From positions 37,488 through 101,487 of the forward strand of contig DATCTW010000054.1 of NCBI GenBank assembly GCA_036567745.1: 64,000 nt of DNA, read 5' to 3'. Below the pieces are notes generated by a model. That model worked only from the letters and a program-made list of their open reading frames with translations. It was not told the origin of the DNA and did not search any database. Both the position numbers and the translations under genes were made by a program. Position 1 is the stretch's first letter; every line of letters starts with the position of its first letter. This stretch comes from Ignavibacteria bacterium (GTDB lineage: Bacteria > Bacteroidota > Ignavibacteria > DATCTW01). Of the stretch, positions 8,163 through 17,300 are shown one piece after another.

Positions 8163-9572
8163 ATGAAAATAAAATCTTTTATTTTAGCAATATCGCTTTT
8201 ATTATTAATAAGCGCTTCATCTTATTCTCAATTTATTGAAGATGCACTTAGATTTCTTCAACCCAATACTGGAACGGGCGCAAGATCCCTTGGTATTGGT
8301 GGCGCTTATACTGGTGTAGCAGATGATTTTACAGCTGTATGGTGGAATCCTGCGGGTTTGGGTCAAATTAAAAAGTTTGAATTAACGGGTGGTATTTCAA
8401 ATTATAATTATAGTGATGATGCAGATTTTTTAGGAAATACGAAAAATTATTCTAATAGTTCTACTACTTTAAATAATCTCGGTTTTGTTTTTCCATTTCC
8501 TACTGTAAGAGGTAGTCTTGTATTTGCATTAGGGTATAATAGAACAAATAATTTTACTACAGGAATGTCTTTTAATGGTTTTAATACAATTAGTTCAATA
8601 ATACCTTCTCTAATTCGAAATAATAAAGAATATAATATTCCTTATCAAATATTCTTGACTGATAACTCAGGTTTTTATACACCTCTAACAAAAAATTTAA
8701 ATCAAAGAGGTGATGTACTAGAATCTGGCTCATTAGGTAATTGGGCATTTTCTGGTGCCTTAGAAGTCGCTCCAAATTTATTTACAGGTATATCTCTTCA
8801 TATTGCTACAGGTTCATATAATTATGATAGAAGTTATATTGAAGAAGATACGAGGAATTACTATACTTTTCTTGATACATTACATTATTCAAGTATAGAT
8901 TTTACCAGACTCGATTTATCTGATAAAATTAGTGGAGATTATTCTGGTTTTGGGGCTCAGTTAGGTATTTTATATAAGTTTTCAGATAAACTTAGATTTG
9001 GATTAACTATTAAAACACCATTTAAGTATAATATCAAAGAAGATTTTTCAACCAAAGGCACTTCATATTTTGATAATGGTGATTCTTATTCTTATAAAAC
9101 TACTGGTTCTGGTGAATATGATGTAACAACACCTTTTGTTTTCAGTACCGGTATATCTTATTCAATAAAAGGAATATTACTTTCCGGTGATATTGATTGG
9201 ATTGATTATACTCAACTTGAGTTTAGCAATGCAAATGAAGATGTTGAAGACTTAAATAGAGATATTAAATCATATTTAAGGTCGGTAGTTAATTTTAGAG
9301 GGGGAATTGAATATACAATACCTAATATAGATTTGAAAGTGAGAGGTGGTTATGCTGTTTATCCTTCACCTTTCAAAGATGATCCTTCAGAGTATAACCA
9401 GAAAATTTTATCCTTTGGATTAGGATATCTTGTTGAAGAAAGCTTAATGATAGATGCAACTTATAGTATTAATTCATTTACTACAAGAAGAGTAAATTAT
9501 GATTATACCTCTCAAACTATTGAAAAAGTTAAAGCAAGTAATTTACTGGTAACTTTGTCGTTTAGATTTTAA
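8163..9572 (+). CDS. outer-membrane beta-barrel protein, FadL/OMPP1/TodX-like (PorV-like not excluded)
   Basis: Signal peptide; N-terminal 'GARSLGIGGAYTGVADDFTAVWWNPAGL' resembles the FadL-family N-terminal hatch motif; C-terminal 'SFRF' aromatic terminus typical of OMPs. Confidence 0.6.
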   Translation: MKIKSFILAISLLLLISASSYSQFIEDALRFLQPNTGTGARSLGIGGAYTGVADDFTAVWWNPAGLGQIKKFELTGGISNYNYSDDADFLGNTKNYSNSSTTLNNLGFVFPFPTVRGSLVFALGYNRTNNFTTGMSFNGFNTISSIIPSLIRNNKEYNIPYQIFLTDNSGFYTPLTKNLNQRGDVLESGSLGNWAFSGALEVAPNLFTGISLHIATGSYNYDRSYIEEDTRNYYTFLDTLHYSSIDFTRLDLSDKISGDYSGFGAQLGILYKFSDKLRFGLTIKTPFKYNIKEDFSTKGTSYFDNGDSYSYKTTGSGEYDVTTPFVFSTGISYSIKGILLSGDIDWIDYTQLEFSNANEDVEDLNRDIKSYLRSVVNFRGGIEYTIPNIDLKVRGGYAVYPSPFKDDPSEYNQKILSFGLGYLVEESLMIDATYSINSFTTRRVNYDYTSQTIEKVKASNLLVTLSFRF

Positions 9573-9591
9573 TCAGAGATATTATTTAAAT

Positions 9592-9625
9592 AAAAGCCAT
9601 CGATAATACTCGATGGCTTTTTTAT
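9592..9625 (+). terminator. rho-independent terminator
   Basis: Hairpin gccatcga-taatac-tcgatggc followed by ttttttat. Confidence 0.65.
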
Positions 9626-9707
9626 TGCACTTCACCTTGATTTAATCAATAATATTCAATATATTTGTACAATTTAATTTTACATTTCATAATTTCCGAG
9701 GAGATTT

Positions 9708-10694
9708 ATGGCTAATATATTAGATGAAATCAAAGCAAAAGCTAAAAGCAACAAGAAACATATTTTATTACCTGATGCTCTTGATGAAAGATCAATTCAG
9801 GCTGCAAGAATACTGGTTGATGAAGGTATTGCTTCAATTTCATTAGTAGGCAATGAAAATCAAATAAGAGAAAAGGCTGAAAAGCTTAATGTAAAACTTA
9901 ATGGTATTTTTATTATTGATCCTGAAAAGCATTCAAAGCTTCAGAGTTTTGCAAATGAGTTTTACAATGCAAGGAAGGCTAAAGGCAAAGAAGTAAGCTT
10001 CGAAGAAGCAACAAATACTGTTAAAAATCCACTTTTCTTTGCTGCTATGTTTGTTAAAGCTGGTCTGGCTGATGGTAGTGTAGCAGGTTCATTATCTACT
10101 ACCGGAGATGTAATGCGTGCTGGAATATTAGGAATTGGTACAATGCCAGGAATTTCCATTGTTTCGAGTTTCTTCCTTATGATTATGCCGGATAAATTAT
10201 ATGCATTCGCTGATTGTGCTGTAGTTCCTAATCCAGATTCAAAACAATTAGCTGATATTGCTATCTCTACTGCAGATAATTTCAAAAAATTAACAGGTCA
10301 AGAGCCTAAAGTAGCAATGCTTTCCTTTTCAACAAAAGGTAGTGCTAAACACGAATTAATTGATAAAGTGATTGAAGCAACAAAAATAGCACAATCTAAA
10401 AGACCAGATCTACTTATTGATGGTGAACTTCAACTTGATGCAGCTATTGTACCTAAAGTTGCTGCTCAGAAGTGCCCAGGTAGTAAAGTTGCTGGTGATG
10501 CAAATGTTTTGATATTCCCTGATTTAAATGCTGCTAATATTGGTTATAAAATGGCTCAAAGAATCGGTAAAGCTGAGGCTATTGGACCTGTCGTTCAAGG
10601 ATTAAGCAGACCATTCTTTGATTTATCCAGAGGTTGCAGTGTTGATGATATTGTTAATACTGTAGCAATAAATTCTGTTATGGGTGCCGTATAG
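9708..10694 (+). CDS. pta: phosphate acetyltransferase (short-form Pta; phosphate butyryltransferase not excluded)
   Basis: About 328 aa with Pta/Ptb-family features ('HILLPDALDERSIQAA', 'SLSTTGD', C-terminal 'GLSRPFFDLSRGCSVDDIVN'); GGAGA RBS. Confidence 0.75.
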   Translation: MANILDEIKAKAKSNKKHILLPDALDERSIQAARILVDEGIASISLVGNENQIREKAEKLNVKLNGIFIIDPEKHSKLQSFANEFYNARKAKGKEVSFEEATNTVKNPLFFAAMFVKAGLADGSVAGSLSTTGDVMRAGILGIGTMPGISIVSSFFLMIMPDKLYAFADCAVVPNPDSKQLADIAISTADNFKKLTGQEPKVAMLSFSTKGSAKHELIDKVIEATKIAQSKRPDLLIDGELQLDAAIVPKVAAQKCPGSKVAGDANVLIFPDLNAANIGYKMAQRIGKAEAIGPVVQGLSRPFFDLSRGCSVDDIVNTVAINSVMGAV

Positions 10695-10702
10695 AATTAA
10701 TT

Positions 10703-10732
10703 ATATGGCTGATTTTTAAAATCAGCCATATT
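10703..10732. terminator. hairpin terminator between convergent genes
   Basis: Inverted repeat atggctgattttt-aaaatcagccat followed by a T-rich run. Confidence 0.55.
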
Positions 10733-10734
10733 CA

Positions 10735-11304
10735 TTATTTTAAGGTATAATTTAATAAAATAGATAATTCGGGTAAAGTATTTATCTTGAGCTCCAAATC
10801 GAGGTACTTAAGTATTTTTATCCCTTCTGAAATTTCAAAATAAATATTCTTTTTATTTTTTGAAAAATCATATTTAGCTCCTACACTAATAATTGGATCC
10901 TTAAAAGATAATAAGTTCTCAATTTCATAAAATTTTATTTGGCCATTTTCTGAGATAATTTTATAACTATCAGAGAATGAAGAAAAAGTTGTTTGTAAAA
11001 ATTCCGAATTATATAAACTTAAAACATTTATCATATCTTTTTCTTTTTTTATTTCGATTATATTTCGATCCTTTTCAATTTGTTTTATTTTTACCGAATC
11101 AAGTTTTTGATGTTTAATCACTTTAGGTTTTTTATTCTTCATTTTAATATTGGATTTTTCTTTTTCCCATTTCTGAAAAATTAAAGTATCTCTTACTATT
11201 TCTGTAAAATCGGATTTTCCAGTTGATTTAATATCATTTAATAAGTAACCTAAATAAAATATCAAGACTGAATATATTATAAATAAAATAATTTTAGAAT
11301 TCAT
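10735..11304 (-). CDS. hypothetical membrane-anchored protein
   Basis: N-terminal hydrophobic helix 'IILFIIYSVLIFYLGYLL'; Lys-rich; no recognisable motif. Confidence 0.4.
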   Translation of the reverse strand: MNSKIILFIIYSVLIFYLGYLLNDIKSTGKSDFTEIVRDTLIFQKWEKEKSNIKMKNKKPKVIKHQKLDSVKIKQIEKDRNIIEIKKEKDMINVLSLYNSEFLQTTFSSFSDSYKIISENGQIKFYEIENLLSFKDPIISVGAKYDFSKNKKNIYFEISEGIKILKYLDLELKINTLPELSILLNYTLK

Positions 11305-11305
11305 T

Positions 11306-11899
11306 TTATTCCCTGAAAGATATAAATCCTTTTAATTTCAACCAACCAAATTTATTTACAGCTCTTTTTTTAATAAAAACACCATCATTAGAATTATCTT
11401 CATTAGAGGTATTGCCTTCTAAAGTGATTATATAATTATTGTGATATTCAAGTAAAAAAGCTGTATGCCCCCAAATACTATTTGTTTTTTCAAAAATGAC
11501 CCAATCGCCATATTCGGGTTTTAAATAACTTTTTATTCCATGTTTTGAAACATAATTAAAAAGCAAAAGTGATTGGCCAGTTTTTAGCAAATTAAATTTA
11601 GTAAATAGCTCTGATGCAGCAGTTCTATATGCCCATTGACAAAAAGCAACACACCAAGCATTACCACTTTTCAGTTCTATTGAGTTTAGGAAGATATCAA
11701 TCCATTTACCTGAATTACTTTTTGGAGGAGTTTCTACTATACCTATCATATTTTTTGCTTTTTGCATCCCATTTTTTATTATTTCTTGAGAATTCTTTTG
11801 TTGAATAACATATTTAATTTGCGCCAAGCACAAATCCGACAAGCAAACAAATACCAGTAAAAGTAATTGCTGCAGAAATATTATTTTTAGATATCTCAT
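11306..11899 (-). CDS. CHAP/NlpC-P60-like amidase-fold protein (putative)
   Basis: Conserved Cys context 'GNAWCVAFCQW' and downstream 'WGHTAFLLEY' consistent with a Cys-His hydrolase; N-terminal signal-like segment. Confidence 0.45.
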   Translation of the reverse strand: MRYLKIIFLQQLLLLVFVCLSDLCLAQIKYVIQQKNSQEIIKNGMQKAKNMIGIVETPPKSNSGKWIDIFLNSIELKSGNAWCVAFCQWAYRTAASELFTKFNLLKTGQSLLLFNYVSKHGIKSYLKPEYGDWVIFEKTNSIWGHTAFLLEYHNNYIITLEGNTSNEDNSNDGVFIKKRAVNKFGWLKLKGFISFRE

Positions 11900-12146
11900 T
11901 TGTAAAGTTTACTCCTTTAAAATCGAATGTTTTAATTAAATATACAGTGCCACCACCTAACGATAAGTTAATAAGTTTGACTGATAGCATTTCAATTGTA
12001 AGCTCACCACTTAACAAAGCAATTAATAAAATGATGAGAGCAAATAATCCTAAAATATAATAAATTAAATATTCTCTTTTAAGCAACTCGTTAAGTTTAA
12101 TTGAGAATATTACACTCTTACTTTTTGCTACTGATAGAATTTTCAT
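11814..12146 (-). CDS. small integral membrane protein
   Basis: 110 aa with two predicted TM helices; overlaps the start of the downstream ORF by 86 nt, so one of the two starts may be misplaced. Confidence 0.4.
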   Translation of the reverse strand: MKILSVAKSKSVIFSIKLNELLKREYLIYYILGLFALIILLIALLSGELTIEMLSVKLINLSLGGGTVYLIKTFDFKGVNFTNEISKNNISAAITFTGICLLVGFVLGAN

Positions 12147-12343
12147 ATTACTTCCTTATTTAATTAAGCGATGGTAATATAAAAATAAATGTCTATGTTT
12201 GTTTGTCAAAAATTGTCAAAATACAATAATTAAATGAAACTTTTTAAGAAAGGAATAGATTGGTATTAGAAACTTTTGTTTAAATACAATATATTAATGA
12301 ATATTTTTAGAATATAAAAATTATTGTAAAGTATTTGATATGA

Positions 12344-14662
12344 CTATTCAATCTTTGAGGTTTTTATTTTAACATTATCAAGTGGATATGTAAATAGTTC
12401 ATCAACTGAAAAAACATTTGAAAAATCTTCAGCTGTAAAGAAAACTTTTAATTTATCAGCCATTTCAAACAATCTATTTTGATAGTATTCGATACTTTCA
12501 TCTCTAAAATTTGGGTTCCATTCTGAAGCTAATTTTAAGTTCTCACAACCGAAATAAATATCTTTAGGATTAATTTTTGTATCTAAAATTCCATGTGTAA
12601 GATTTTGCATTCTTTGAATTACTTCTTTATCAATATTTAATCTTTTATGAACTGCTTCATCACTAATAACGTAAAAAGAAATTTTATCATTAATTTTATA
12701 ATTTTTCCCAGTTGAAAGTGCAAGTTGGTAGTGGGGAATTATGTTCTTTTTATCATTTTTTACTTTAAAATTATAATCGCTTAAAGATTCTTTTATTATC
12801 TCTGTACGCATAAAATCAGAAATATCAAGTTTTCGATCTCTAATATCATTATAGTAAGATACAAATAGATTATGAATCTCTTGAATTTTATTATTTAAAA
12901 TATAATCTATACATTGTAGTAAAAATTTTCTGGCAAAATTTTCTAAATTATGAGGGAAAAGTAAATTCGTTTTCATTAAAATTTTGTTGTTATAGAGTAG
13001 AAAAGCCATATTTTTCTTTTTGTAGCTCAGTACTCGTCTTGCCCTAAATTTATACTCTATCCCTTCAACTTCTACCATTTTTTTTGAAAGCATCGAAACA
13101 TAGGATTTTTCAAGATCTTCATTAGTAACATCTCTTGGAGGAACAAATATTATCTCATTACCATCAACTTGAACAGGAATGCCCCCAGTATAAGATATAT
13201 ATTTTGTAATTTTTTCCATCAATTCTTTTGCTAGTTGAAAAACATTTTCGCCATATTCTTTCGAATTATAAATAACCCATGGTGTGTTAAGATATGAAAA
13301 AAAAGAATGTGAAAAGTTTTCAAGAGCTTTTTTAAAATCGGGTTCAAAGTTTTCTCTATCGCTTTCATTATCAGAACTTGATTCTGAAACTTCTTCAGGT
13401 TTAACGATATTCATTATATCTTGAAGCATTTTTTTAAATAAATCCAACGGATCTTTTTCTGATTTAAATTCTGATTTAAGAATAGCATTTTGATATAGCT
13501 TTATTACTTCGCATACAATTATTGGACCTAAAACCCCAGTATAGTATATTTCACTTATTTGACCTATAGATGGATCTGTTTTATCTGGTAAAGGTAAAGA
13601 ATATCTTTGTTTTAGATATTCACGGTATAAGATAGAATCTATTTTTTGTGCATTAGTTAATTTTAAAACTCTTCCTAAATTGTAAGAAATTAATCTGTTT
13701 AAATAAAAAACGGATGGTAAAAGTTTTTCGCAAATTTCATTTATAATGATGCAATTATTAAAAGGTTTTTCTGGTTCATCATTTGAAATTTTATCGTCGA
13801 TTTTAATATTAAATAAATTGATTATATTATTTAAAGATCCAATATCTTGTAACTTTTTTATTACATCGAACTGTAAAACAAGATCATTGATGTCAACAAA
13901 ATGTCTACCCGGAATTACAATTTTATTTTTTTCAAAGTCATAGTCATACTTGAAAAATCTTTCTTGTTTTTTAATGGGCAAAGAGTTCCTACCAATATTT
14001 AATTCAATATTAAACTCTTCACATTTTTTTATTAAAAAATCTAATGTATATGAATACAAATTATAACCCGCAATAATATCAGGGTCTTTTTCAATAATGA
14101 TTGATATGAATTCTTGTATTTTTTGAGCGTCATTTTTTCTATTGTCTTGAATAATTTTTTTCCAACCTTTATTATCTGTCAAAATAATTGCAGAAATTTC
14201 CTGATGTTTATCTTTTGTACTCTTTTTTGTGATAAGTTCTATATTAATTCTATATAAATCGGAAAAATTAAGACCTTTAAATAGTGTTTTACCGTACTCG
14301 ATAAGATATTGGCCAACAGGATCATTTTTAATACTAATTTCAATGAAATCTTTTTCAGAAATATTTTTTTTCTTTCTAATTGTATCAAATGCAAAATTAT
14401 AAGCATTTTTTAAATCATTCCAATTTTGAAAAACACATAAATATTTATAATAATTATTACCTTGCAATTTCTTTTTTAAAGGTTGAGGATTAAATTCTTC
14501 AAGTAATGAAATATCTGATATAAAGAAAAATGGATAAAACTCTCTATCTTCGTATGATACTATATTATTTATTTTTTTATAAACTCTAATAGTTTTTTCA
14601 TTTAGTTGATAACAGGCAATTATGTTTTGTTCAGGGTCTGAACCAAATAGAAAAGAAGTCAT
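12344..14662 (-). CDS. family-B DNA polymerase-like protein with degenerate catalytic motifs
   Basis: Exo II-like 'GYNLYSYTLDFLIKK' (cf. PolB 'GYNIQNFDLPYLI'); inter-domain 'LLPSVFYLNRLISY...ILYREYLKQRYSLPLPDK' resembling the archaeal PolB 'LSRLIGQ...LLRKAYERNELAPNK' stretch; Y-GG-like 'YYTGVLGP'; motif A-like 'CEVIKLYQNAI' (Asp to Glu); motif C-like 'VQVDGNEI' (DTD to DGN); KxY-region-like 'SKKMVEVEG'. Confidence 0.55.
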   Translation of the reverse strand: MTSFLFGSDPEQNIIACYQLNEKTIRVYKKINNIVSYEDREFYPFFFISDISLLEEFNPQPLKKKLQGNNYYKYLCVFQNWNDLKNAYNFAFDTIRKKKNISEKDFIEISIKNDPVGQYLIEYGKTLFKGLNFSDLYRINIELITKKSTKDKHQEISAIILTDNKGWKKIIQDNRKNDAQKIQEFISIIIEKDPDIIAGYNLYSYTLDFLIKKCEEFNIELNIGRNSLPIKKQERFFKYDYDFEKNKIVIPGRHFVDINDLVLQFDVIKKLQDIGSLNNIINLFNIKIDDKISNDEPEKPFNNCIIINEICEKLLPSVFYLNRLISYNLGRVLKLTNAQKIDSILYREYLKQRYSLPLPDKTDPSIGQISEIYYTGVLGPIIVCEVIKLYQNAILKSEFKSEKDPLDLFKKMLQDIMNIVKPEEVSESSSDNESDRENFEPDFKKALENFSHSFFSYLNTPWVIYNSKEYGENVFQLAKELMEKITKYISYTGGIPVQVDGNEIIFVPPRDVTNEDLEKSYVSMLSKKMVEVEGIEYKFRARRVLSYKKKNMAFLLYNNKILMKTNLLFPHNLENFARKFLLQCIDYILNNKIQEIHNLFVSYYNDIRDRKLDISDFMRTEIIKESLSDYNFKVKNDKKNIIPHYQLALSTGKNYKINDKISFYVISDEAVHKRLNIDKEVIQRMQNLTHGILDTKINPKDIYFGCENLKLASEWNPNFRDESIEYYQNRLFEMADKLKVFFTAEDFSNVFSVDELFTYPLDNVKIKTSKIE

Positions 14663-14941
14663 ATAAATTTATTTTTTTTGTTCTTGTTTATAATGAACTT
14701 TTCATTTTTTAAAATAATGAAAAATAATCTAATTGAATTACGTTAGATTATTTAAAAAATATAATATTTTCAATCTTCAAAAGCAATTACTAATTTAAAT
14801 CTTAAAGATTTTTCTTGACTGTATTTTTCTGGGATAAATTTAATTTATATTTTTATTTTTTTGTAATAATAATTTTATATTTGAATTAAATAAAAAATAT
14901 TGTAAATTATAAAATAGAATAATAAAATAAGGAAAATCATT

Positions 14942-16504
14942 TTGAAGAAGTTTGTAAGTTTAATTTTATTTGTTATACTATTTGTACCTCTTTATGCTCA
15001 ATATGGAATAAATGAAATAAAGAAAAATTTAGATACTAATAATATAAAAGCCGATGAATACTTTCTTGCTTCAGATGAGTTGGAGGGTAGAGAGATTACC
15101 GAAAGAGGCCAAAAAGTAGCTGCATTATATATTAAAACACAATTCGAAAAAATTGGATTAAAGCCTGTAAATGGGAGCTATTATCAAAAAGTAAAAGTTT
15201 TAAAAATTAACCCTCCAAAAAATCCTGAATTACTCGTAACTAATGATACCATAATCTCAGCAAAATTAATGGAAGAGTTTTATCCTTCTTCAGAAGGAAG
15301 AATAATTCCTGAAGTTAGTGGCGAGGTGGTTTTTGCTGGTTATGGTATTACTGCTCCAGATTTTAATTATGATGATTATAGAGATATTGATGTAAAAGGC
15401 AAAATTGTATTAATTTTAGCTCAATTTCCTGAGGATAGCAAAATTAGTAAATTTAATAAAACAAAATTTGCTGACTATAGAAGTACTAGATATAAAGTAC
15501 AGAATGCCTTAGAACATGGAGCCATAGCTGTTCTTATAATGAATGAAATTAATAGACCATTTGATCTTTTAATAAAATCATTGGGTAGAATGTTATCTAA
15601 ACCTGTTTTCAGATTACAGGAAAAAGACTCAAAAGAATCTATACCCTTTGCATATGTATCAAAGAAATTATCAGATATAATTTTAAAAAAATCAGGTCTT
15701 AAAACTGATGTTATAAAAGATTCAATTGATAATAACTATAAAAGTTTTTCTTTCGAAATTCCAAATACTTCTGTTAAATTAAGACATGGTATTGAAAGGA
15801 ATATTGAAGAAACAGAAAATGTGGTTGGTTTATTGGAAGGTGTTGATAAAAAATTAAAGGATGAGTATATAATAGTATCCGCTCATTACGATCATGAGGG
15901 CGTAATAAATAATAATATTTATAACGGAGCAGATGATAACGCTTCAGGTACAACAGGTGTTTTAAATGTTGCAAGAATATTATCAAAATTAAAACCAAAA
16001 CGAAGTATACTATTCATTGCTTTTACTGGAGAAGAAAAAGGTTTATTCGGTTCTACATTTTATGAAAGTAATCCCTTAATAGATTTCAATAAAACCAAAG
16101 CTGCTATAAATATTGACATGATTGGACGCAAAGATGAAAAATATGAAAATAGCGATACTTCTTTTTACATTTATGCCATTGGTCCAAAAATTATGGGTGG
16201 TAATTTGCCTTCGATACTCGAGTCTGCAAAAAAAATCAATAATATGTATATCGATTATCAATTTGATACTTTAGAAGATATGAATATGTTCTATTCTAGA
16301 AGTGATCATTATGCTTTTGCTAAACAAGGAATACCTTCTACATTCTTTTTTAATGGTGAGCATAAAGATTATCACAAGCCTACAGATAAAGTAGATAAAA
16401 TTATTTTTACTTTGTTATATAAAAGAATTGAAATGATCTCTTATTTTACTTTTTTACTTGCAAATAGTAACGAAACAGTAAAAATAGAAAGGCCAATTCC
16501 TTAA
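14942..16504 (+). CDS. secreted M28-family aminopeptidase with PA domain
   Basis: Signal peptide; 'SAHYDHEG', 'NGADDNASGTTGVLNVARIL', 'GEEKGLFGS', 'NIDMIG' zinc-ligand blocks. Confidence 0.8.
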   Translation: MKKFVSLILFVILFVPLYAQYGINEIKKNLDTNNIKADEYFLASDELEGREITERGQKVAALYIKTQFEKIGLKPVNGSYYQKVKVLKINPPKNPELLVTNDTIISAKLMEEFYPSSEGRIIPEVSGEVVFAGYGITAPDFNYDDYRDIDVKGKIVLILAQFPEDSKISKFNKTKFADYRSTRYKVQNALEHGAIAVLIMNEINRPFDLLIKSLGRMLSKPVFRLQEKDSKESIPFAYVSKKLSDIILKKSGLKTDVIKDSIDNNYKSFSFEIPNTSVKLRHGIERNIEETENVVGLLEGVDKKLKDEYIIVSAHYDHEGVINNNIYNGADDNASGTTGVLNVARILSKLKPKRSILFIAFTGEEKGLFGSTFYESNPLIDFNKTKAAINIDMIGRKDEKYENSDTSFYIYAIGPKIMGGNLPSILESAKKINNMYIDYQFDTLEDMNMFYSRSDHYAFAKQGIPSTFFFNGEHKDYHKPTDKVDKIIFTLLYKRIEMISYFTFLLANSNETVKIERPIP

Positions 16505-17280
16505 TGATCTCTAAAGAAGATATATTAAAAGGACTGGAGACAGAGGTTTTTGCTAAAAAAGTTTTTACATTTGATACTATTGATTCAACAAATGATTGTG
16601 CTAAAGTTCTTGCTACAAACAACCAACCTGCGGGTAGTTTAATTATTAGTGAATACCAAACTAAAGGTCATGGAAGGTTTAAAAGACAATGGCTTTCTGA
16701 GCCGGGGAAGAATCTTTTATTTTCATTGATACTTAAACCTGATTTAGATGAAAGATATCATCATTTGTTAACTTTTTTTATTGCTAATTGTATAGCTGAT
16801 GTTATTGAGACGCTATATAAAATAAAAGTGATGGCGAAATGGCCAAATGATTTACTTATAAATGAAAGAAAATTTTGTGGAATTTTGCTAGAAACTGTAA
16901 AAAAGGATGACATTTTTGCAATTATTTGTGGGGTAGGGATAAATGTGAATCAAACCGTATTTCATGAAAACTTAATTAATGTTACTTCTTTAAAAAGAGA
17001 AATACACAATGAAGTTGATAGGTTGTTACTGTTAAAAAGTATATTAAAAAAGCTCGATAGCAATTATAAGCATTTTATTGAAAATCCCAAAAATGAAATT
17101 GAATTATGGAAAGAGAGGGATATTTTAAAAGGAAAAAGTGTTCATGTATTCTTTAATCAGAATAATTATTTTGGACATGTAATTGATATTGATTCAGATG
17201 GTTATCTTGTTTTGCGAACTGATGGTAAAAAAAGATTGAAATTTTATTCAGGAGATGTATCTTTAAAGTCCAAGGAGTAG
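16504..17280 (+). CDS. birA: biotin--[acetyl-CoA-carboxylase] ligase (no HTH domain)
   Basis: 'GHGRFKRQWLSEPGKNLLFSLIL' biotin-binding loop and C-terminal SH3-like region; start overlaps the upstream stop (TAATG). Confidence 0.8.
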   Translation: MISKEDILKGLETEVFAKKVFTFDTIDSTNDCAKVLATNNQPAGSLIISEYQTKGHGRFKRQWLSEPGKNLLFSLILKPDLDERYHHLLTFFIANCIADVIETLYKIKVMAKWPNDLLINERKFCGILLETVKKDDIFAIICGVGINVNQTVFHENLINVTSLKREIHNEVDRLLLLKSILKKLDSNYKHFIENPKNEIELWKERDILKGKSVHVFFNQNNYFGHVIDIDSDGYLVLRTDGKKRLKFYSGDVSLKSKE

Positions 17281-17300
17281 AATTAAAAAAAAATGATGAT

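Noticed and set aside
9573-9707. Possible riboswitch or leader upstream of pta, and glycine riboswitch upstream of gcvT (51251-51271)
   Set aside because: Spacer upstream of gcvT is only 21 nt, too short for a glycine riboswitch. The pta upstream region is largely taken up by the terminator of the preceding gene and shows no recognisable conserved riboswitch core.
12344-14662. Possibility that the 772-aa protein is a prokaryotic Argonaute or other RNase H-fold nuclease
   Set aside because: Length fits a long pAgo, but I found no PIWI-type motifs (no RDG/GxDV-H pattern) and the motif order matches family-B polymerases far better.
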